Source: Bacillota bacterium
GTDB lineage: Bacteria; Bacillota; DTU025
Length of the DNA stretch: 64,000 bases
NCBI GenBank assembly: GCA_050951805.1
Contig: JBMNJT010000004.1
Location: 1-64,000, forward strand
Direction: 5' to 3'
Both the position numbers and the translations under genes were made by a program. Positions 57,943 to 64,000 of the stretch are shown here, in pieces (position 1 is the first letter of the stretch; each line of letters begins with the position of its first letter). The notes below the pieces were generated by a model. The model saw nothing but the letters and a program-made list of their open reading frames with translations, was not told the origin of the DNA and made no database searches.

Positions 57943-58901
57943 CAGAGCTCCTCCGAAAGATAACGCACCAAATCTGCGTATTCAGACCCCAAGACTCGTT
58001 CCACTAATTCCTCATCGATCTTGTCGGGAGGTTCCCCGGCAACAAGCATCGCAAGAGACTCCACGAGCAATCTTATCCTCACAAGTCGCTTCGCGTCCCC
58101 GACGATTCCTTGCCGTCCAAGAGAATCAACCCCTCTGTCTGTAGCGTCCTTATGTAAGCAGGAAGATTTGCCAGTCGGCGCCTCGCTGATGCCTGAGGCG
58201 AACCGAGATTCGAGCCGATCGACGGCGACCAACGATGCGATCTCTCTTCTCAGTTCCTGTGCAGCAGCATCTCTTGCGCGAATCAAATCATCGCTTGATG
58301 CCCCCGGAACCATCGAAGCTAGATGCGAGTCGCTCAGCCATGGCTCTTTCTTCAATATGTCTGCCGCCTTGACGGCATTCGAAGACAGGTTCTGCCTGCT
58401 CCACGCCCGCCATTTTGCATCAGTGATCATCAGATCACTGAACTTCTCCCTTACTTCCGGATCCCCAATCGGCCTGGAAGCATTTGCAGCGGTGGAGAGC
58501 GCGCCTTCATCAGCAGGCATACTTTTCCAGTCAGGCACCCCTTCTTCCTGAGCAGATGGGGAAGGGAACTTCAGGCCTGCCTCGGAATCCGCTCCCCACA
58601 CGAGCGGTGCGCGAACTTGGCCGCTACGAAACCTTATATCGCGGATGGCATCCTTTCCGGCGGAGGCATTAATGCGCTGCACAAGCCCTCTTTTCATCAT
58701 GGAAAGCTGTTGAGCCCACACGGGCTTTTCAACCGTCACATACAGCGTCTTGCCCCTAACGAAAGTGGCCCTCGATGCAACCGCTAATGATGGGGCTATT
58801 TCATCGTTCCACACTAGCATGGCGGATGTCGCCCGGATCCGGGCGGTGTATCCCATCTTGTCCATGCTCTTTCCCAGAACATCCCCGATGGGAAGCATCA
58901 T
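57942..58901 (-). CDS. DUF721/DciA-like protein with long C-terminal extension
   Basis: W.D.I...LAVASRA...LYVTV..PVWAQQLSM...IN...IRDIRF; immediately downstream of recF. Confidence 0.72.
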   Translation of the reverse strand: MMLPIGDVLGKSMDKMGYTARIRATSAMLVWNDEIAPSLAVASRATFVRGKTLYVTVEKPVWAQQLSMMKRGLVQRINASAGKDAIRDIRFRSGQVRAPLVWGADSEAGLKFPSPSAQEEGVPDWKSMPADEGALSTAANASRPIGDPEVREKFSDLMITDAKWRAWSRQNLSSNAVKAADILKKEPWLSDSHLASMVPGASSDDLIRARDAAAQELRREIASLVAVDRLESRFASGISEAPTGKSSCLHKDATDRGVDSLGRQGIVGDAKRLVRIRLLVESLAMLVAGEPPDKIDEELVERVLGSEYADLVRYLSEEL

Positions 58902-60057
58902 CGGGCGTCACCTCCCCGGCTACGATGGAGAATACCGCGGCACCGCGCGGCATCAAATCCCTACACCCTGGCTCCACGCTGGTAACAAGAACTTGATTGT
59001 CCCCTACTATCTCTCCCAAAAGATTAGTCCTGCGAGTCTCATCCAATTCTGAGAGAACATCGTCTAGAAGAAGCACTGGCATATCCCCAGTATGCGCTCT
59101 TATGAAATTTGCCTCGGCAAGCTTGACCGCAAGCACTGTCGACCTTTGTTGCCCTTGGGACCCATAGGTAGCTACGTCTGCCCCATCAAGCTGGAAACTG
59201 ATGTCATCGCGGTGTGGACCGACCATGGTTACCCCTCTGATCAGCTCCACCTTGCGCAATTGTCGCAGGCGCGCGCGATATCTTTCGGCAATCCAGTCAA
59301 CCGTCGCCTCGCTTGTTGAACCTTGCTCGTCCGCAGAAAGAGGTACCGAAGGCAAGTATCTCACGGAAAGCGCCCCAGGAACTCCCGTAATCCTGTAGTG
59401 GGCCTCACGCCCCAGCTCGTCAAGGCTGGCTACAACTTGCATTCGACGGGCTGTTATCTTCGATCCGGTCTCGATCAACTGCTCGTCCCATGATTCGAGA
59501 AGCCTGCTCGCGGCGGCCGAATCGCTCCGCCAATTTCTTTCCCTAGCCTGCTTCAGCAGAGCATTTCTCTGCGTAACGATCTTGGAATAAAGGTTGATCA
59601 ATTGCCTATAAGCGGGGCTCACCTGGGATATCTCCAGATCCAGAAACTTCCGCCTCACAGAAGGGCTCCCTTTGACCAGCGCAAGGTCGTCGGGGGTAAA
59701 AAGCACCACGTTGAGAAAAGATGACAGCTCCGCAGCGCGAATCCTTTCCGTGCCGTTGAGCCTCACGAGCTTTCTTCCATCTGTGGAATAACTGACTTCC
59801 AACGTCACAGGGGCGGGCTTGCGCTGGACGTCTACGGCGACCCTATAATACGAACTCCCCTTTTGGACAAGTTCGGAATCGGATGAGGCGCGATATGAGC
59901 GGCCCGCAGAGGCAACGTACACAGCCTCTAGAAGGTTAGTCTTTCCTTGTGCATTGTGCCCCAAAAACAGGTTGAGCCCAGGGTCGAAAGTCACCGACTC
60001 TTTGCTGTAGTTTCGGAAGCCACTCAACTGGATATTCCTCACCCACACGCTTGTCAC
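58801..60057 (-). CDS. recF: DNA replication/repair protein RecF
   Basis: FRNY, GHNAQGKTN, RRKFLD, GPHRDD, GSQGQQRS, LLDDVLSELD. Confidence 0.96.
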   Translation of the reverse strand: MTSVWVRNIQLSGFRNYSKESVTFDPGLNLFLGHNAQGKTNLLEAVYVASAGRSYRASSDSELVQKGSSYYRVAVDVQRKPAPVTLEVSYSTDGRKLVRLNGTERIRAAELSSFLNVVLFTPDDLALVKGSPSVRRKFLDLEISQVSPAYRQLINLYSKIVTQRNALLKQARERNWRSDSAAASRLLESWDEQLIETGSKITARRMQVVASLDELGREAHYRITGVPGALSVRYLPSVPLSADEQGSTSEATVDWIAERYRARLRQLRKVELIRGVTMVGPHRDDISFQLDGADVATYGSQGQQRSTVLAVKLAEANFIRAHTGDMPVLLLDDVLSELDETRRTNLLGEIVGDNQVLVTSVEPGCRDLMPRGAAVFSIVAGEVTPDDASHRGCSGKEHGQDGIHRPDPGDIRHASVER

Positions 60058-60311
60058 ACATCCTCCTTGCCAGACCCGGAGCTGCCGCCAGATACGATGG
60101 TAACCACTACATCTGCGAACTCGAGGACGTCGCCGTCCCTAAGTTTCCTTCCGCGTCTGAACTCAGCGGCTCCATTCACCTTCGCCCAGCCCGAATGGAT
60201 GGCCATCTTGGCCTCTCCGCCCGATCCGACCAGCGCAGCAAGTTTGAGCGCCTGGTCGAGCTCTATATATTCAGTCTCTATTTCCAAAGTCATGTTTTTC
60301 ATGCGTCCCAT
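60054..60311 (-). CDS. yaaA: S4-domain RNA-binding protein YaaA
   Basis: IELDQALKL...SGGEAK...VNG...RRGRKL. Confidence 0.9.
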   Translation of the reverse strand: MGRMKNMTLEIETEYIELDQALKLAALVGSGGEAKMAIHSGWAKVNGAAEFRRGRKLRDGDVLEFADVVVTIVSGGSSGSGKEDV

Positions 60312-60315
60312 CTCA

Positions 60316-61452
60316 TCACACCGGCGCCGTTACAGGCATCAGAAGATAAGTGTACGCAGGATCCGTCTCGTCCGTAACCTCTATTGGATGCCTGTAGCTG
60401 GTGTAGCCTAAGCACACCTCTTCCCCGTCGAGCACCCTGAGCACGTCCCGCAGGTATCTTGCGCGCATGGCCACGGTGACCTCTGCGTGGCCGATCATGG
60501 ACACAGGTATGTCTTCTTTGCCCTCTCCGACCTCGGGTGTGGCAGCGGTGATTGTCAAAAAGCCCGAGGCCATTCCCTCATCACCGGTATACGACATCCT
60601 GATGGCGCTCAATTCGTCCTTGCACATCAGAGATACCCTGTCTACGCTGTCCAAAAGCTGCAGGCGATCGCAGATTATCTTTGCCGGTATATTCTGCGGG
60701 AAAACCTGCTTGTAATTGGGGAATTGTCCTTCCAACAGTCGTGTCACGTAAGTCGTGGGCCCTATCCGAAACATTGCATGGTTTTTCTCGATGGCTATCG
60801 AGACTTCCCTCTCCCCGGTGTCATTGAGGTTTCTCTCCACTTCGAGAAGGGCCTTGGCCGGGATTATCACGTCAATTGGCTCTTCAAGATCGAACGATGC
60901 CTGCGCTTTCCTGTATGCAAGCCTGAATGAATCGGTGGCCACCATGGTCAGCGAGTCCTTTTCGAACAGCATGTAGATGCCCTTAAAAAAAGCCCTGGCA
61001 TCGTCGACTGCCGCCGCAGGAATGGTGCGCCTGATCATGGTCTTGAGCTCGCTTTCTGGCATAGACCAGCTATTTGCTTCCGAAATCTCCGGCAATGCGG
61101 GAAACTCCGCAGCCGGCATGGTTTTCACGGTAAAGTCCGCTCTTCCGGCGGATATGCTCACAGATTGGCTCTCCTCCCGATACTCAAGAATGACTTCTGA
61201 CTGCGGAAGCTTTCTCGAGATATCGGAGAAATACTTGGCGGGGATTACTGTCGACCCCTCTGTTCCAACAGTAACCGGAACAAATGTCTCGATGCCCAGT
61301 TCGTCCAGGTCGTATGCTACCAACCTCAGGCCTTGTGTGCAAGTTTCCACAAGCACTCCTGAAAGCGCTTGGATGGTAGCCTTAGGAGAGACCGCCTTGT
61401 ACACGGTCTGAACTCCGCTGACCAAAGCTGCCTTGGAGCATGATACCTTCAC
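60316..61452 (-). CDS. dnaN: DNA polymerase III beta sliding clamp
   Basis: ATDSFRLA, LLEGQFPNY, YLLMPV; GTG start after GGGGAGG. Confidence 0.96.
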   Translation of the reverse strand: MKVSCSKAALVSGVQTVYKAVSPKATIQALSGVLVETCTQGLRLVAYDLDELGIETFVPVTVGTEGSTVIPAKYFSDISRKLPQSEVILEYREESQSVSISAGRADFTVKTMPAAEFPALPEISEANSWSMPESELKTMIRRTIPAAAVDDARAFFKGIYMLFEKDSLTMVATDSFRLAYRKAQASFDLEEPIDVIIPAKALLEVERNLNDTGEREVSIAIEKNHAMFRIGPTTYVTRLLEGQFPNYKQVFPQNIPAKIICDRLQLLDSVDRVSLMCKDELSAIRMSYTGDEGMASGFLTITAATPEVGEGKEDIPVSMIGHAEVTVAMRARYLRDVLRVLDGEEVCLGYTSYRHPIEVTDETDPAYTYLLMPVTAPV

Positions 61453-61740
61453 CTTGCTATACCTCCCCACTGACCTGATTTCCAGGCACATGCATATATA
61501 AGTACTACTATGAGTACATATGTACATTTACCGTAGTAGTAGTATACGTGCCTGTGGATATCTGGATAAGTGTCGAATTTCATGGGTTATGCTGCCCGTC
61601 TGTTCCCTGTGTCACTGTAGACAGATTGTTGATTACTTGTGGAGCAGATGGAGAGTTATCATCAGTTATCCACAGGGGTTTTTTCTTTCCACACGCTTTC
61701 CACAGCCTTTTCACATGTTGTTAACTACATAATCAACAGC
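61453..61740. other. Chromosomal replication origin (oriC) in the dnaA-dnaN spacer
   Basis: Perfect DnaA box TTATCCACA (61666-61674) plus several near-matches; tandem boxes TGTGGATA/TCTGGATAA at about 61553-61569 next to TAG-TAG-TAG DnaA-trios (about 61533-61544) and an AT-rich stretch. Confidence 0.88.
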
Positions 61741-63225
61741 TCAACTGCTCTTCAATCTGGCGACTATTTCCTTGATGTTCGCGTTCATGGTTGAGTCCTT
61801 TTTCAGCTCGTTTTGAATCTTGTCATAGGCGTGAATCACAGTTGTATGATCCCGTCCACCGAATTCCTCGCCTATCTTCGGCAGCGAAAGCTCTGTGAGC
61901 TCACGGCAAAGATACATGGCGATCTGTCGTGGCAAGGCTACAGTGCGGACCCTCGTCTTTGACACCATTTCCGATACTTCCAGGTGGTAGTAGTCTGCCA
62001 CTGTTCGCTGTATTAGCTCCACCGATATCTGCTTTGGCCGAGAGGATGGTATCATGTCCTGGATTACCTCTGCGGCAAGCTGTGTAGTTATCTCGCGATT
62101 AGTCAGGGCGGCACAGGCCGTTACTCGGATGAGCGCTCCCTCCAGCTCACGTATGTTCGAATGTATCTGGCCCGCTATATACACCAGCACGTCGTTGGGA
62201 ACGTCAAGACCCTCCGACACAGCTTTCTTCTTCAGAATTGCGATCCTTGTCTCAAGGTCGGGAGTGCCTATATCCGTAATCAGGCCCCACTCAAATCGCG
62301 ATCGCAGCCTTGCTTCGAGCGTGGCAATTTCTTTCGGGGGTCGATCAGACGAGAGCACTATCTGCTTTCCCGACTCGTAGAGAGTGTTGAAGGTATGGAA
62401 GAACTCTTCCTGAGTGCGTTCTTTTCCGGCGAGGAACTGAATATCATCTATCATCAGGACATCCACGTTGCGATATCGCTCGCGAAACTGAATAGTCGTT
62501 TCAAAGCGAATCGAGTTTATTAGCTCATTTGTGAATTGCTCGCAAGGAACGTATACTACCTTGGCATAAGGGTTGATCTCCAACACATGATGGCCTATGG
62601 CCTGCATCAAGTGGGTCTTTCCCAATCCCACTCCGCCGTATATGAAGAGCGGGTTGTAGGCCTTCCCAGGCGCTTCGGAAACGGCAAGCGCAGCCGCGTG
62701 GGCGAACCTGTTGGAGTTGCCCACTACAAAAGACTCGAAAGTATACTTCGGATTTAGCGCCGGTGTAGAGAAGTCATCGAAGGCTCTCGCTTCAGCCTGC
62801 GTTTGGGCGTATGTTCCAGAAGTCGCTGCCGCTTCGTCGACTCCCATGCCTGATGCGGCATTTGCGTCCAACGCGTTAGCGGGCGACGGCTCTCGGGTCG
62901 CAGGGTTTGCGCGATTGCCCATCTCGTAAGAATCTTCGCTTACGGCTCCATCTCCGTTTTCTCCATCAGCCGAACTTTCCCTAGCAATAAACCTCACCGT
63001 TATTTTCCGGCCCACCATGGATGACATGGTTTCTGACAGCAATGCTGCGTATCGCATTTCCAGCCAGTCACGGGCAAAGTCGTGCGGAACCGGCACTTCT
63101 ACGATGTCGTCGGAGACGACAACGGGGACACTGGTCTTGAGCCATGCGTCAAAGCTTGGCCTCGACAGCTCGCTTTCGAGGACCTGAAGAACGTCCATCC
63201 AAATTGCATTTATCTCTTGGGACAC
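61741..63225 (-). CDS. dnaA: Chromosomal replication initiator DnaA
   Basis: YNPLFIYGGVGLGKTHL, IDDIQF, RQIAMYL, GGRDHTTV; GTG start after GAGGGG. Confidence 0.98.
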   Translation of the reverse strand: MSQEINAIWMDVLQVLESELSRPSFDAWLKTSVPVVVSDDIVEVPVPHDFARDWLEMRYAALLSETMSSMVGRKITVRFIARESSADGENGDGAVSEDSYEMGNRANPATREPSPANALDANAASGMGVDEAAATSGTYAQTQAEARAFDDFSTPALNPKYTFESFVVGNSNRFAHAAALAVSEAPGKAYNPLFIYGGVGLGKTHLMQAIGHHVLEINPYAKVVYVPCEQFTNELINSIRFETTIQFRERYRNVDVLMIDDIQFLAGKERTQEEFFHTFNTLYESGKQIVLSSDRPPKEIATLEARLRSRFEWGLITDIGTPDLETRIAILKKKAVSEGLDVPNDVLVYIAGQIHSNIRELEGALIRVTACAALTNREITTQLAAEVIQDMIPSSRPKQISVELIQRTVADYYHLEVSEMVSKTRVRTVALPRQIAMYLCRELTELSLPKIGEEFGGRDHTTVIHAYDKIQNELKKDSTMNANIKEIVARLKSS

Positions 63226-63248
63226 TTTGTCACCCCTCATTTGGACCA

Positions 63249-64000
63249 TCACCTAAAGACATAGCTGAGGAAGTCAACACCCCGCCTCGTAAGCTTTCGC
63301 TTGCCCCCTTCGAGGCTGACTACGAGTCCCAATTCCTCTAGGGTCACTAGATCGCGATATGCCGTGCTAAGGCTTATGTCAAGCTCTTTTGTGACAACTG
63401 AAGGCCCTATCTCCCCCATCTCTGCAATAAGCAAGAACACCTTCTTCTGGCGTGAGGAGAGCAAGGCGCCGAGAGCCTCATCTGACATATCAGAGGATTG
63501 AGATGTGGATGGGGGTTCCTCATCTCGCCTTTTCTTCGACTGATCTGCCGCCGAATCCTGCTTCTCGACGGATAAAGTGGCTCTGCCTTCGTCAGCTATG
63601 TTTTCCATATCAATGGAGTCGGATTCGTTGTAGACGGCCGAAGATGTCTGTGAAATCTCGGTTCTCGGATCCCGTTGTGGCCTGGCATCCCCTGGCCCCT
63701 CGGCGAAGATGTGTCCATCTCCGTCTTGAGGATGGCCAATAAAGATGCCCTGAGTAGGCGGGTGATAGGCGCCGGAAATGTCCTGGCGCGAGCTCCACGC
63801 CGCTTCTGTAAACCCTTGTGCAATCTGGGCTGGTTGCATATGGGCGGGATCATGCCGTACAGGCTGGGATGAACCAGCAGTTTGTTGCAAAACTCTGTCA
63901 GGTTTCGGCGACACGCCGCCGCGAGCTGTACCGGGAGAGGAACATAGCGTGACCACGAGACCTGAACCCAGATTGTCCTCGACAGTGAGGAAACCTCCTA
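63249..64000 (-). CDS. Partial GHKL/HATPase_c + disordered linker + C-terminal winged-helix protein (5' end outside the window)
   Basis: Frame open to the window edge, reading GGFLTVEDNLGSGLVVTL (HATPase C-terminal strands). C-terminus LSSRQKKVF...GPSVVTKELDISLSTAYRDLVTLEELGLV...GKRKLT is HTH/wHTH-like. Confidence 0.72.
   Translation of the reverse strand, partial: GGFLTVEDNLGSGLVVTLCSSPGTARGGVSPKPDRVLQQTAGSSQPVRHDPAHMQPAQIAQGFTEAAWSSRQDISGAYHPPTQGIFIGHPQDGDGHIFAEGPGDARPQRDPRTEISQTSSAVYNESDSIDMENIADEGRATLSVEKQDSAADQSKKRRDEEPPSTSQSSDMSDEALGALLSSRQKKVFLLIAEMGEIGPSVVTKELDISLSTAYRDLVTLEELGLVVSLEGGKRKLTRRGVDFLSYVFR

Overview
This 64 kb window is the origin-proximal core of a spore-forming Bacillota (Firmicutes) chromosome, and almost all genes lie on the minus strand. 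Read right to left, it contains: a partial GHKL/HATPase + winged-helix gene abutting dnaA; oriC between dnaA and dnaN; yaaA, recF, a DciA-like (DUF721) gene, remB, gyrB and gyrA; archease and rtcB; an rRNA operon (16S, tRNA-Ile, tRNA-Ala, 23S, 5S); hppA and gpmI; an RNase H-like gene preceded by two SOS boxes; a basic amino acid decarboxylase, tmk, holB, ricT/yaaT, yabB, rsmI, abrB, metG and tatD; two secreted beta-rich proteins; glpX; a DUF3798 ABC system; yabE, rsmA, a DUF458 gene and yabG; an ORF-less group IIC intron; veg; a PHP hydrolase; two spore LysM proteins; an MrfA-like helicase; an amino acid ABC transporter; and a large S8 protease with PKD domains that runs off the left edge. The most notable observations are: (1) the GHKL-wHTH gene coupled to dnaA, with yabA absent from its usual slot; (2) an 865-nt ORF-less IIC intron with a GUUCG 5' end and AGC triad, inserted 4 nt inside an older intron copy behind the yabG terminator; (3) a doubly LexA-boxed, catalytically degenerate RNase H-fold gene; (4) archease-rtcB between gyrA and the rRNA operon; (5) a probably leaderless rsmA coupled to a DUF458 nuclease-fold gene. 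All calls come from reading motifs by eye; no database searches or folding programs were run.
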